DNA from: an uncultured Dehalococcoidia bacterium
Lineage (GTDB): Bacteria; Chloroflexota; Dehalococcoidia; Lucifugimonadales; UBA3495
Length of the DNA: 64,000 bases
Assembly: GCA_951813535.1 (NCBI GenBank)
Contig: OX638345.1
Coordinates: 664,036-728,035 of the forward strand
Reading direction: 5' to 3'
Made by a program: the position numbers and the translations under genes. The notes under the pieces are model-generated. The model did not search any database. It saw nothing but the letters and a program-made list of their open reading frames with translations, and was not told the DNA's origin. Shown here one piece after another: positions 1 through 9,550 of this stretch; positions within the stretch are counted from its first letter, which is position 1; the number at the start of each line of letters is the position of its first letter.

Positions 1-696
1 AATCGCGACCCGAGCGCGCTGGTCGTCATGTCCACACACGGCCGCAGCGGTTTCTCCCGCATGCTGACCGGCAGCGTTACGGCCAAGGTGGTGAACGCGG
101 TCCGGAACCCGACGCTGATCGTGCGCTGCAACAAGACCGACTGCCCGGTGGTGCCCCAGTTCTTCGACAACATCATCGTCCCGCTGGACGGGACCGGGTT
201 CGCCGAGCATGCCCTGGACTACGCCGGAGAACTGGCCACAACCTTCGGCACGCGGGTCACCCTGTTCCGATCCACGCCGGGCGCGGACTATTTCCGCACC
301 AATTCCGACATGGGACACTTCGGCGGGACGGCCTTTTCGTTCAACGAGCCCGAAAACATGGCCCGGGATCTGGCCCACGCCTCGGAAGAATACCTGTGGA
401 AAAAGGCCGACGCCCTGCGCGCCCGGTTCCCCCTGTTCGACGTCGACGTGGTGTTCTCGCAGGAAAGCCCTGAGCACGCCATCGTCAAACTGGCCAACCG
501 GCTGGACAACGGACTGGTCGTGATGGCCACACGCGGCCGTCGCTCCGTGGGACGGGCGCTGTTCGGCAGCGTGGGCGACCACGTGGTGCGGCATTCGCCG
601 ACGCCGACACTGCTGGTGCGAGGGCCTCTGCACACCGCGGATGGAGCCTTCGGCGGCCACCGGCACGACCAGCATCGCGAGCTGGCCGCGGTGTAA
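1..696 (+). CDS. Universal stress protein with tandem USP domains (5' truncated by window edge)
   Basis: Two USP signatures (MSTHGRSG..GSVT; IIVPLDG...MATRGR...GSVGDHVVRHSPTPTLLVR). The frame is open upstream of the called start. Confidence 0.9.
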   Translation, partial: NRDPSALVVMSTHGRSGFSRMLTGSVTAKVVNAVRNPTLIVRCNKTDCPVVPQFFDNIIVPLDGTGFAEHALDYAGELATTFGTRVTLFRSTPGADYFRTNSDMGHFGGTAFSFNEPENMARDLAHASEEYLWKKADALRARFPLFDVDVVFSQESPEHAIVKLANRLDNGLVVMATRGRRSVGRALFGSVGDHVVRHSPTPTLLVRGPLHTADGAFGGHRHDQHRELAAV

Positions 697-751
697 CCTC
701 CGCACCGCGCGAGCGCGGATAGCGCAGGCCTCAGGCTGGCGCCAAACGCGA

Positions 752-777
752 CGGGGCGGGCTAATTAGCCCGCCCCG
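752..777. terminator. Perfect 26-bp palindrome between convergent genes (probable bidirectional terminator)
   Basis: CGGGGCGGGCTAATTAGCCCGCCCCG is its own reverse complement and lies between the USP and LLM stop codons. No U-tract. Confidence 0.6.
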
Positions 778-845
778 ATCAAGTTAAGTGCTTGGGCAAC
801 ACCGATCCGCCTCGGCACACGCCGACGACTGACCCACCGAGTTTT

Positions 846-1979
846 CTACCACTTCTGGATCACGGGCAGGACTTCCTTGCCGAACAGACCGATGTTCTTC
901 ATGGTGGCCTCGTGCCCCATGCGGGATTCCTGGCCGTAGAACACCAGGTGCTCCATGCCCAGCCGCGTGTGCAGGTACTCCAGTTTTTCCAGCACGGTGT
1001 CGGGAGTGCCACAAACGATGTGGTAGTTCTCCTTGAGTTCCTCAAAGGTCTGCAGGTTGAGGGGCTTGAGGCCGGAACGCCGGGCGGCGATGGCGGCGCC
1101 GGCAGCGGAACGATAGCCAACCGGCGCCATGTACTCTCGCGGACCACGGACGGTGGGACCCATGCGCCAGATGAAGTGCTTCGCCTGCTCGTCGGCCTCC
1201 TCCTGGGTGTCGCCGACATAGCAGCAAAGCAGGTAGCCGAAGTTGTCCGGCACAACCTCCCGACCGGCTTCCTCAGCAGCCACCCGGTACATGCCGAACA
1301 ACTCCTCGGTGACGTCCAGATCGGTGAGGAAGGCCACGTAGGTGTAGCCATGGCGACCGGACCACTCGGCAGTCTCCGGCGATGAGGTGCCGGGCACCCA
1401 GATGGGCGGATGGGGCTGCTGGATAGGCACCATCCAAGGGTTGACCACCCTGAAGTTGTAGTGCTTGCCCTCCCAGCGGAAGGGGCCGGGAGTGGTCCAG
1501 GTCTTGATAATCAGGTCGTGGCATTCCTCAAATCGTTCCCGGTTGGCCACCGGATTATTGTTGGTGGAAACGGTCTCAACGCCGGTCCCGCGCACGAATC
1601 CCGAAATCATCCGCCCACCGGAGATCACGTCGATCATCGCCAGCTCTTCAGCCAGCCGGACCGGGTTGTCATGGATGGGCAGGATGTTTCCGAGCAGCAG
1701 TATCTTAGCCTGATGGGTGATCCGGGCCAGCACCGCCGCCGAGAGGTTGGTGGCGGCGTTCATGCATGAGGGCGTGTTGTGGTGCTCGTTGAGCATGATG
1801 CCGTCGAAGCCCAGTTCGTCGGCGTACACGCACTCGTCGAAGTAGCGCTTGAAGAGGCCATTGGCCGTGTTGGGGTTGAACCACGTGTTGGGGAACGTAA
1901 GGCGCAGCGACGGGTACTTGTCGCCCTCCTCGTCCGGGTACTCGTGGTAGGGGAACTCGGAGAAGTAGTAACTCTTCAC
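846..1979 (-). CDS. LLM-class (luciferase-like) flavin-dependent oxidoreductase
   Basis: ADELGFDGIMLNEHH, PVRLAEELAMIDVISGGR, PIQQPHPPIW motifs. GTG start with GGAGG upstream. Confidence 0.93.
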   Translation of the reverse strand: MKSYYFSEFPYHEYPDEEGDKYPSLRLTFPNTWFNPNTANGLFKRYFDECVYADELGFDGIMLNEHHNTPSCMNAATNLSAAVLARITHQAKILLLGNILPIHDNPVRLAEELAMIDVISGGRMISGFVRGTGVETVSTNNNPVANRERFEECHDLIIKTWTTPGPFRWEGKHYNFRVVNPWMVPIQQPHPPIWVPGTSSPETAEWSGRHGYTYVAFLTDLDVTEELFGMYRVAAEEAGREVVPDNFGYLLCCYVGDTQEEADEQAKHFIWRMGPTVRGPREYMAPVGYRSAAGAAIAARRSGLKPLNLQTFEELKENYHIVCGTPDTVLEKLEYLHTRLGMEHLVFYGQESRMGHEATMKNIGLFGKEVLPVIQKW

Positions 1980-2117
1980 GGGACGGGCCCTCCGGCGGTT
2001 TGGCAGATGATCCGCCGATTATACCAGCCGGAATAACCAGCGATCTGGCAGCCCAGCGCAGCTCGCCATGCGACCTGTCCAGCCTACCCGGAACGACGCC
2101 ACCGAAGTGGATCACCT

Positions 2118-2300
2118 TTACCGGAAGCCTTCGACGAGGCAGAAATGATGCTCGGCATGGTCGCCGCCGTCAGAAGCCGCCAGTGCATCCCCGTGGGCCG
2201 TTTCGTGCGTCACCAATAGCGACACGAGAGCGACTAATGAAACCAGTGAGATGGCGAAACTCAGCCGGGCGGGTTGCGTCAGAGCCTTGATTATCGTCAC
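2118..2300 (-). CDS. Putative small exported His-rich peptide (60 aa)
   Basis: Hydrophobic N-terminal segment followed by HETAHG..DHAEHHFC. GAGGA upstream of the GTG. Confidence 0.35.
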   Translation of the reverse strand: MTIIKALTQPARLSFAISLVSLVALVSLLVTHETAHGDALAASDGGDHAEHHFCLVEGFR

Positions 2301-2538
2301 AGCGGTTGTCCTCGTGTATCCGCAGGATTAGCGAAGCGCGATATGGGGCACTCCGCCTGTGGATTTCTAACGCGGCTGCTTATTGTTTGGTTTGTTTTCC
2401 AAAATTCAGCCACTGGCAATCCACTTTAGCGCACGGGTGTGAAATTGGCATAAAAATCAGCCGGATTTTCGTGAGTGTGTCGTGAAGATTCCACGAACAC
2501 GCCCGCACCGGCTCTCATGCGTACGCACCTTCGTAAAT

Positions 2539-2650
2539 CGTCAGAAGCAGGATTTACGGGATTTTATGATTTGGCAGGATTGGCAGATATCCATCGCAGG
2601 ACGGTTCCAATCCTGGAAATCCCTGAATCTTGAAAATCCCGATTCTGACG
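2539..2650. repeat. Palindromic intergenic element, subtype A copy 1
   Basis: CGTCAGAAGCAGGATTTACGGGATTTTATGATTTGGCAGGATTGG ... CCAATCCTGGAAATCCCTGAATCTTGAAAATCCCGATTCTGACG: imperfect ~44-bp inverted arms made of ~9-bp GGATT units. Confidence 0.8.
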
Positions 2651-2699
2651 TTTCTTCGCCGCAAACTGGGGACGCATGAGCGCTCCGGCCCGCCGGCGG

Positions 2700-3701
2700 T
2701 TACAACCGGTAAGCCTGAACCGCCGTGCCCTGGAACATTGCGGCTTTTTCTGCGTCCGAATAGGCGGCGGTAACCCGCTTGAAGGCGTTCCATGCCGTGG
2801 TGTAGGAGTAGGAGGCCTTGTCCACCGGGAAGTTGCTCTCGAACATGCAACGCTCTGGCCCGAATTGTTCGATGCAGTAGTCCAGCCACGGCCGGATGGT
2901 TTCGGCCAGTTCCTCGGAATCCGGTGGGACGTCGCGCTGATGCCAGTCGTAGCCGCTGATCACGTTGCCGAACCCGCCCAGCTTGACCACCACGTTTTCG
3001 TGGGCCGCAACGGACGCGATGCCCTTCTGCCAGTCGGCGAACACCTCGTCCCGACGGCCGGCGTAGGGCCCGACTCCCAAAGGCCGGCCCACGTGGTTCA
3101 GGATGATGGTCGCGTTTGGAAACGCCCCGGCCAGGTCGGCCAGCTCCGGCAGCTGAGGGTGAAACACCAGCGCGTCGAAGCTGAGCCCCATCCGCTGCAG
3201 CCGGTCGAAACCAGCGCGAAATCCCGCGTCGGCCAGCATCCCGGCAGTGGTGGACCGTCCCAGCGAAACCTCGGGGCTGGCGTCCCAGGAGCACGAGAAC
3301 CGGATCCCGCGAAACCGGTTGTTGCTGGCGGCAAGGTGCGCCTCCAGCACCGGCGCCACCGCGTCGCCCAGCATCAGGTCGGCGTTGGCCACTATGCCGG
3401 CGGCCACCTCGGTGGGTCCGTACTGGCCGCTGGCGCTCTGGGCGGCCAGACCCTGCACGAACTCGGTTTCGCCGATGGCCCGCATCTCCTCCGGTCCCCG
3501 TGCCCGGTACATGGAGTGGCATTCGATGAACACCGTCTGGGCGATGTTGTGCCCGATCCCCACGTCCTGTGTCAGTTGGTCCAGCAGGTAGCGGTCACCC
3601 TCCCGGTCCCAGAAGTGATGGTGCGGATCGCAGATGGGCAGCGCGGGATCGATGGCCTCTTCCGTGACCTGGCTCAGCCAGGCCTCGCGTTGGGTGGACA
3701 T
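2700..3701 (-). CDS. Amidohydrolase_2 family protein (lactonase-like)
   Basis: ICDPHHHFWD metal motif, ILNHVG, FGPERCMFESNFPVD. Confidence 0.9.
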   Translation of the reverse strand: MSTQREAWLSQVTEEAIDPALPICDPHHHFWDREGDRYLLDQLTQDVGIGHNIAQTVFIECHSMYRARGPEEMRAIGETEFVQGLAAQSASGQYGPTEVAAGIVANADLMLGDAVAPVLEAHLAASNNRFRGIRFSCSWDASPEVSLGRSTTAGMLADAGFRAGFDRLQRMGLSFDALVFHPQLPELADLAGAFPNATIILNHVGRPLGVGPYAGRRDEVFADWQKGIASVAAHENVVVKLGGFGNVISGYDWHQRDVPPDSEELAETIRPWLDYCIEQFGPERCMFESNFPVDKASYSYTTAWNAFKRVTAAYSDAEKAAMFQGTAVQAYRL

Positions 3702-3712
3702 GTTGGCCCTCC

Positions 3713-4270
3713 TTAGACGGGAAGCGGCTTCTCGGTGATGTTGTCCGGAAGCTCCACGCCGAAAGCATTGACGTTGAAGGCCAGCATGGAGTAGCAGCCC
3801 ATCAGGGTGGTGAGCTCGGTGGCGCCGTTTCTGCCGAAATGCTGCATCACCGCGTCGAAAGCGTCCTGGCTGACCGTCCGCGTGCGGAAGAACTGCTGGC
3901 CGTACTCGACCACGGCCGCCTCGTCGGCCGCCGGGTTGGGCAATTCTTGCCGGTCCCGCAGGGCGTCGACGATCTCATCGCGCAGGCCGGCCTGGCGGGC
4001 CGGCGGCGCGTGGGCGTTCCAGATGAATTGGCAGTTGTTCTCGCGGGCCGCCACCAGCATCGCCAACTCCCGGATCCGCGGCGACAGCGACGTGTCGGTG
4101 CGCAGGTATAGGGCCAGACCCAGCGCGCGCTGCGCAACCTCCGGCGCGTTGAGCATCACCGAGCCCGGCCCGGTGGCCGGCACCTCGCCCCGGTCGGCGA
4201 CGAAGGCATCGAAGGCGTTGCGTTCATTTTCGGGCACTGATTCTCGGGTCACTGTAGCGGTTCGGGCCAT
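3713..4270 (-). CDS. Carboxymuconolactone decarboxylase (CMD/AhpD-like) family protein
   Basis: LSPRIRELAMLVAARENNCQFIWNAH motif. Confidence 0.85.
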   Translation of the reverse strand: MARTATVTRESVPENERNAFDAFVADRGEVPATGPGSVMLNAPEVAQRALGLALYLRTDTSLSPRIRELAMLVAARENNCQFIWNAHAPPARQAGLRDEIVDALRDRQELPNPAADEAAVVEYGQQFFRTRTVSQDAFDAVMQHFGRNGATELTTLMGCYSMLAFNVNAFGVELPDNITEKPLPV

Positions 4271-4332
4271 GGTGTCCTCCCATCATACGTTTTCGGTTCG
4301 TCGGCCACAGTCTAACACCGTTGCACGCAGCG

Positions 4333-4728
4333 TTACGGGGCGAAGCTCGACCGCGCCTGCGCTCCCCAGCGGCCGTCGTTGTCGGTCATGATCCACAGCG
4401 AGCGGTGGGTGGCGATGGCCGAGCCGGACGCATCCCGCCGCGTGAACTGGATCAGCACGTGCACCTTGTGCTCGGAGCTGTGGATCACTTCGGTGGAGTC
4501 CAGGGTCGTGTGATGCCAGTCCGGGCCGGCCCGCGCGTAGAAATCGCGCAGATAGGTTGCCTCCAGTTCGCTGCGGTCGTGCCAGATGGCAACGCCTTCG
4601 CCGGAGATGCGCACGTGGGGCAGGTGCAGCAGGTCGTAGAGCGCGGCATCGTCCCGGGCGTTCAGCGCGGCCATGAAATCCTCGATAGCGGCCACCGCTG
4701 CATTCTGTGGCGTTTGGGTTTGGCTCAT
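4333..4728 (-). CDS. NTF2/SnoaL-like fold protein
   Basis: AIEDFMAALNARD...SLWIMTDNDGRWG. Start reassigned to MSQTQ, which has AAGGA upstream. Confidence 0.75.
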   Translation of the reverse strand: MSQTQTPQNAAVAAIEDFMAALNARDDAALYDLLHLPHVRISGEGVAIWHDRSELEATYLRDFYARAGPDWHHTTLDSTEVIHSSEHKVHVLIQFTRRDASGSAIATHRSLWIMTDNDGRWGAQARSSFAP

Positions 4729-4806
4729 ACGGGTATCCTTTGGTTGATCGGGTAATGGATGCGGAGCCGGCTGCGGCTCATGCGTACCCATTTTGGGCGG
4801 TAGTAT

Positions 4807-4912
4807 CGTCAGAATCATGATTTGCCGGATTTATGGATTATCAGGATGAGAAGCGGTCTGCCCCAAATGGTCTCAATCCTGTCAATTAATCCTGAAAATC
4901 CTGATTCTGATG
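4807..4912. repeat. Palindromic intergenic element, subtype A copy 2
   Basis: CGTCAGAATCATGATTTGCCGGATTTATGGATTATCAGGATGAGA ... TCTCAATCCTGTCAATTAATCCTGAAAATCCTGATTCTGATG. Termini match copy 1 almost exactly. Confidence 0.8.
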
Positions 4913-5023
4913 AACTACCCAAAGCGGGTACGCGCGAGACGCTGCCGATTGTCGGCCCGTAGCGAATGTTGTACCATCGTTTGGCCTCAAATTCGCAACA
5001 GCCGGCACCTGGAGGATAGCTTT

Positions 5024-6199
5024 ATGGCCAGCACCGCACAACGTGAACGCGACATCGCCATCGTGGGCGTCGCCGAATCGGATGAGATGGGCAACGTTCC
5101 CAGCAAGTCTTCCCTCCAGCACCACGCCGAGGCGGCCTACAACGCGCTGGACGATGCTGGCCTCTCGATGTCCGACGTCAACGGGCTGATGACCGCCGGC
5201 TTCAGCACCCTGGCCACTGCCGAGTACTTCGGCGTCCAGCCCTCCTTCACCGACAACACGTCCGTCGGCGGTTCGTCATTCGTGATCCACGTCGCCCACG
5301 CCGCTGCCGCCATCCGCGCCGGCTACTGCGACACGGTGCTCATCACCCACGGACAGGCCGGGCGTTCCACCCGCGTCCCGGTTCCGGCGGACCGGAATCT
5401 CCCCGTGGCCCAGTACGAGACGCCCTACGGCATGATCGGCCAGCCCATCAACTACGCCATGGCCTGCACCCGGTACATGCACGAGTACGGCGAGGAACGC
5501 ACCCGCCAGGCCCTGGCCGAGATCGCCGTTTCCACCCGCAAGTGGGCCAACCTGAACCCCATGGCCTACATGCAGGACTCGCCGATGTCCTTCGACGACT
5601 ACCACAACTCCCGTTGGGTGGCGTGGCCTTTCCACCTGTTCGACTGCTGCCTGGTGACCGACTCCGGCGCGGCGATCATCGTGACCACCGCCGAGAAGGC
5701 GGCCAACTGCAAGAAGGCGCCGGTTTGGGTGCTGGGCGCGGCCGAGGGCCACGACCACAACCTCATCAGCTTCATGCCCAACCACACGTCGACCTGGTCG
5801 CGGGAGACCGGGCCGCTGTCGCTGGAGCGCGCGGGCCTGACCCACGCCGACATCGACCACACCATGATTTACGACTCCTTCACCTACACCACCCTGGTGA
5901 CCATCGAAGGTCTGGGCTTCTGCGGTCCAGGCGAGGGTCCCGACTTCGTCGCCAACCAGCGCACCGCGCCCGGCGGCGAATTCGCCCTGAACACCAACGG
6001 TGGCGGCCTCTCCTACTCACATCCCGGCATGTACGGCAGCTTCCTGCTGGTGGAAGCCGTCCGCCAGTTGCGCGGCGAGTGCGGCGACCGCCAGGTCCAT
6101 CGCAAGGGTTCCTCCGACCAGCCAGCGGCCACCAGCATGGTCAACGGCACCGGCGGCTCCCTGTCCTCAACCGGAACGGTGGTGCTGGCGACCGGCTAA
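5024..6199 (+). CDS. SCP2/Ltp-type thiolase-superfamily protein
   Basis: IAIVGVAES, DCCLVTDSGAAIIV, YDSFT, NTNGGGLSYSHPG. GGAGGA RBS before ATG 5024. Confidence 0.9.
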   Translation: MASTAQRERDIAIVGVAESDEMGNVPSKSSLQHHAEAAYNALDDAGLSMSDVNGLMTAGFSTLATAEYFGVQPSFTDNTSVGGSSFVIHVAHAAAAIRAGYCDTVLITHGQAGRSTRVPVPADRNLPVAQYETPYGMIGQPINYAMACTRYMHEYGEERTRQALAEIAVSTRKWANLNPMAYMQDSPMSFDDYHNSRWVAWPFHLFDCCLVTDSGAAIIVTTAEKAANCKKAPVWVLGAAEGHDHNLISFMPNHTSTWSRETGPLSLERAGLTHADIDHTMIYDSFTYTTLVTIEGLGFCGPGEGPDFVANQRTAPGGEFALNTNGGGLSYSHPGMYGSFLLVEAVRQLRGECGDRQVHRKGSSDQPAATSMVNGTGGSLSSTGTVVLATG

Positions 6200-6233
6200 G
6201 TGGCTCCGGGCTTCGGCGCCTACAGAAAGCCAG

Positions 6234-6602
6234 GTGGACCCGCTTAGGAGCATCGCGGAGCGCTATTGGGTCGTATACTATCTGGTGTACGTCGGTGGAG
6301 TAGCATTCGGCGCATCGAGGTATCACCCGCTACGAGAGCAGGGCAAGGATGAGCTATTCGCACTGGTAGCCATCTTTGCTCTGGCTGCGGGCCTCGCGCT
6401 ACTCGTGGCAATCATCATGGAGGTGTTAGGGCGCATGGTGTTGTTAATTCCTGCTGCTATCAAGAAAATCAAAGAGCAAGAGCGCAAACGCGTTGCGGAG
6501 GCTTTGGCCAATGCAGGAGTCCGTTCAGCCGACTCCGGCGAAGCGCTTACGCCGGCGGAGATCCGGAATATCGTACAGAGCGCATCGGAAGATCGCTCAT
6601 AA
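6234..6602 (+). CDS. Hypothetical 2-TM membrane protein
   Basis: Two hydrophobic segments and a charged tail (KKIKEQERKR). Lower GC. GTG start inferred. Confidence 0.65.
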   Translation: MDPLRSIAERYWVVYYLVYVGGVAFGASRYHPLREQGKDELFALVAIFALAAGLALLVAIIMEVLGRMVLLIPAAIKKIKEQERKRVAEALANAGVRSADSGEALTPAEIRNIVQSASEDRS

Positions 6603-6650
6603 GACACGGCTCTTGTTAGAGCCATTGAGCCCATCTCATAACTTGGACAT

Positions 6651-7742
6651 ATGGACATCGTAATCATCGGCCTTCCCCAATCGGGCAAAACCAACCTCTT
6701 CAACGCGCTCACCCTGGGCAAGTCCGACGCCAGCGGCGCATCGGGCAGCCCTACCGAAATGCACATTGGCATGGTCAAGGTGCCGGATCGGCGCCTGGAG
6801 CACCTGGGCGCCATCTATCACCCCCGCAAGATAGTTCCCGCCGAAATACGCTATACCGACCTGCCTGGACCCGAGGGCATGGCCCGGTCGCAAGGGATCA
6901 GCGGACGGTATCGCAACATCCTCCAATCCGCGACGGCCTTCCTGGTGGTCGTGCGCGCCTTCCAGAACGACTCGGTTCCCCATCCCGCCGGCGCGATCAA
7001 CCCGGCCCGTGACCTGGAGGCCATGCTGGGAGAGTTGACGTTCACCGACCTGGAGGTGCTGGAACGGGCATCCACGCGCCTCGCCGACCAGGTGAACAAG
7101 ACGAAACCAGCAGAACGGCCGATGGTGGTGCGCCAGAAGGAAACCGTGGATAAGGCCCGGGCCGGCCTGGAAAACGGCGTACCAGTGCGGTTGCAGACCT
7201 TCAGTGACTCGGAACGCTCCATACTGGTCAACTACCAGTTGCTCACCGAAAAGAACGTGATCGCCGTGTTCAACACCGATGAGGGCGCGGACGAAATATC
7301 GATCGCCGAGTTGGACATAGATCCCGCCCTCACCGCCGGCGTGGGTCAGGTCAGCATCAGCGCGCGGGTGGAGGCCGAGCTGAGCACGATGGACCCCGAG
7401 GAAGCGGATGAGTTCCGTTCGGACTTCGGCTTGGGCGAATCGGCCACGTCGCAGGTGATACGGGCCAGCTACGACACGTTGGGTCTCGTATCCTTCCTGA
7501 CCGTGGGCGACGACGAGGTCCGCGCCTGGAGCGTGCCCGGCGGCATGCCGGCAGTCAGCGCGGCCGGCGTGATCCATACCGACTTCACCCGCGGTTTCAT
7601 TCGAGCGGAGGTCATCGCTTACGACGACTATCGCGCCTGTGGAAGCATGGTGCAGGGGCGCAAGGAAGGTCTGCTGCGCTCCGAGGGGAAGACCTACCCG
7701 GTCAAGGACGGGGACATAATCAACTTCCTGGTGAACACGTAG
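6651..7742 (+). CDS. ychF: Redox-regulated ATPase YchF
   Basis: GLPQSGKTNLFNALT, VKVPDRRL, FLTVGDDEVRAW, AGVIHTDFTRGFIRAEV, EGKTYPVKDGDII. Confidence 0.95.
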   Translation: MDIVIIGLPQSGKTNLFNALTLGKSDASGASGSPTEMHIGMVKVPDRRLEHLGAIYHPRKIVPAEIRYTDLPGPEGMARSQGISGRYRNILQSATAFLVVVRAFQNDSVPHPAGAINPARDLEAMLGELTFTDLEVLERASTRLADQVNKTKPAERPMVVRQKETVDKARAGLENGVPVRLQTFSDSERSILVNYQLLTEKNVIAVFNTDEGADEISIAELDIDPALTAGVGQVSISARVEAELSTMDPEEADEFRSDFGLGESATSQVIRASYDTLGLVSFLTVGDDEVRAWSVPGGMPAVSAAGVIHTDFTRGFIRAEVIAYDDYRACGSMVQGRKEGLLRSEGKTYPVKDGDIINFLVNT

Positions 7743-7747
7743 CCACC

Positions 7748-8254
7748 ATGATCAGCATCCGCCAGTTTCGTGCCGAAGACGCTGAGGCTGTCCGCGACCT
7801 GTTCGCGCACGCCCAGGACGACGACGCCGAGAGCTACAGCCGCACCGAGGCTGACCGCGAGGGGTTCCACGAATACATTGACGGCGCCCTCAACCATGAC
7901 CTGGCCCACGTCGAGCAGAGCTATCTTCAGCGTCGGAGCAGCAACTTCTGGATCGCCGAGATGGATGGCCAGGTGGTGGCCAGCATCGGAGCCTACCGCC
8001 GGGACGATGCGGAAGCCGAGATACGACGCCTGGCGGTGGACCGATCCGCGCGCCGGCAGGGTGTAGCATCCAGGCTGATGGACCAGGCGGAGGAGTTCTG
8101 CCGCGACGCTGACTACGCCCGCGCCATCGTCTGGACGGCCAACCACATGACCGCCGCCATCGCCTTCCTCCGCCATCGCGGCTACCACGAGCTGGAAGAC
8201 CACGCTTTCCCGCACACCAGCCTGACGCTGTACCTGTACGCGCTGGATTTGTGA
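7748..8254 (+). CDS. GNAT N-acetyltransferase
   Basis: AEIRRLAVDRSARRQGVASRLM acetyl-CoA binding motif. Confidence 0.88.
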   Translation: MISIRQFRAEDAEAVRDLFAHAQDDDAESYSRTEADREGFHEYIDGALNHDLAHVEQSYLQRRSSNFWIAEMDGQVVASIGAYRRDDAEAEIRRLAVDRSARRQGVASRLMDQAEEFCRDADYARAIVWTANHMTAAIAFLRHRGYHELEDHAFPHTSLTLYLYALDL

Positions 8255-8258
8255 GCCG

Positions 8259-8621
8259 CTACGGCGACGCCAGCGGCCGCGCGAAGCTGATCTCGTGGCC
8301 GTCCGGGTCGGTGATGTGATAGTAGCGCTCCCGCCAGGGCGCGTCGGCGGGTTCGCCGTCGGGGGTGTAACCCGCGGCTACCATCTGTCGATGGTGGGCG
8401 TCCACGTCGTCGACGTAGAGGATGCAGCGACCCCACCAGCGAACGTCCGCGTCGGCTGACAGGATCAGGTTCAGGTAGCCGTCGCCGACGCTGAGCGAGG
8501 TGAATGACGCCTCCGGTCCGCCGTACAGGATCGGGATGCCCGCTCCTTCGTGGTAGAAGGCCACCGACCGCGCCATGTCGCGCACCGCCAGCGTGATCGC
8601 GCTGATGCTCTGTACCGTCAT
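8259..8621 (-). CDS. VOC/glyoxalase family protein
   Basis: ITLAVRDMARSVAFY ... ITDPDGHEISF. Confidence 0.9.
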   Translation of the reverse strand: MTVQSISAITLAVRDMARSVAFYHEGAGIPILYGGPEASFTSLSVGDGYLNLILSADADVRWWGRCILYVDDVDAHHRQMVAAGYTPDGEPADAPWRERYYHITDPDGHEISFARPLASP

Positions 8622-8698
8622 CCTGGGTCTCCCGGCGGTGTTTCACACCCGTTGTAGTAGAATGATGCCAAACCAACTTACGATTGCCGGCGAGAATT

Positions 8699-9550
8699 AT
8701 GTCAAAAATTGACCACCAGCGCATTGATGGGCCTCCCGAGTGTCTGCTCAAGTTGGAATCCATTCTACGGGAGATGGGATCGGTCATCGTCGCCTACTCG
8801 GGCGGCGTGGACAGCGCCCTGCTGGCCGTGGCCGCCCATCGCGCGCTGGGGGATCGCGCCCTGGCCGTCACCGCCATTTCGCCGGCCTTGGCGGCGCGAG
8901 ACCTGGGCGACGCTGAGATGGTGGCGAGGGAGTTCGGGATCAACCACCGCGTCATCCACACCGACGAACTGCAGCGGGAGGGCTACGTAGCCAACTCGCC
9001 CCAGCGCTGCTATTTCTGCAAGACCGAGTTGTACGACCAACTCGCCATCCTGGCCGCCGCCGAAGGCTACCAATGGATCGCCAACGGGGCCAACACCGAC
9101 GACCTGGGCGACTATCGGCCCGGCATGACCGCCGCCGCCGAGCACAGCATCCGCAGTCCCATGGTGGAGACGGAGATGGACAAGGCCCAAGTGCGCGCCG
9201 CCGCACTCTGGCTGGGAGTGCCGCTTTGGGACAAGCCGGCGCAACCCTGCCTCTCATCGCGCATCCCCTACGGCACGCCGGTCACCGTGGAGTCTCTGCA
9301 GCGCATCGAGGCGGCCGAAGACATCCTGCGCGATTTGGGCCTGCGCGAAGTGCGCGCCCGTCACCACGACAAGCTGTGCCGCATCGAGGTGGGCGTCGAT
9401 GAGATGGAATTGGCCTTCGCCCACCGCGACGAGATCACCCGCCAGCTGAAGGCCCTGGGTTACCTCTGGGTCTCCCTGGACCTCAGCGGCCTGCGCTCCG
9501 GCAGCCTCAACGACGTGCTGCGGGTGAGCGCCGCCAACTCGCGGGGATGA
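8699..9550 (+). CDS. larE: ATP-dependent sulfur transferase LarE
   Basis: PP-loop AYSGGVDS, RCYFCK, DDLGDYRPG, WDKPAQPCLSSRIPYG, RSGSLN. Confidence 0.93.
   Translation: MSKIDHQRIDGPPECLLKLESILREMGSVIVAYSGGVDSALLAVAAHRALGDRALAVTAISPALAARDLGDAEMVAREFGINHRVIHTDELQREGYVANSPQRCYFCKTELYDQLAILAAAEGYQWIANGANTDDLGDYRPGMTAAAEHSIRSPMVETEMDKAQVRAAALWLGVPLWDKPAQPCLSSRIPYGTPVTVESLQRIEAAEDILRDLGLREVRARHHDKLCRIEVGVDEMELAFAHRDEITRQLKALGYLWVSLDLSGLRSGSLNDVLRVSAANSRG

Noticed and set aside
2414-2430. TGGCAA-N5-TTTAG as a sigma54 promoter
   Set aside because: The -12 GC is misplaced relative to the TGGCAC-N5-TTGC consensus and no plausible gene follows on that strand.
2539-4912. GGATT-unit repeats as a CRISPR array
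   Set aside because: The units are ~9 bp, degenerate and arranged as inverted arms. There is no constant repeat with unique spacers and no cas gene.
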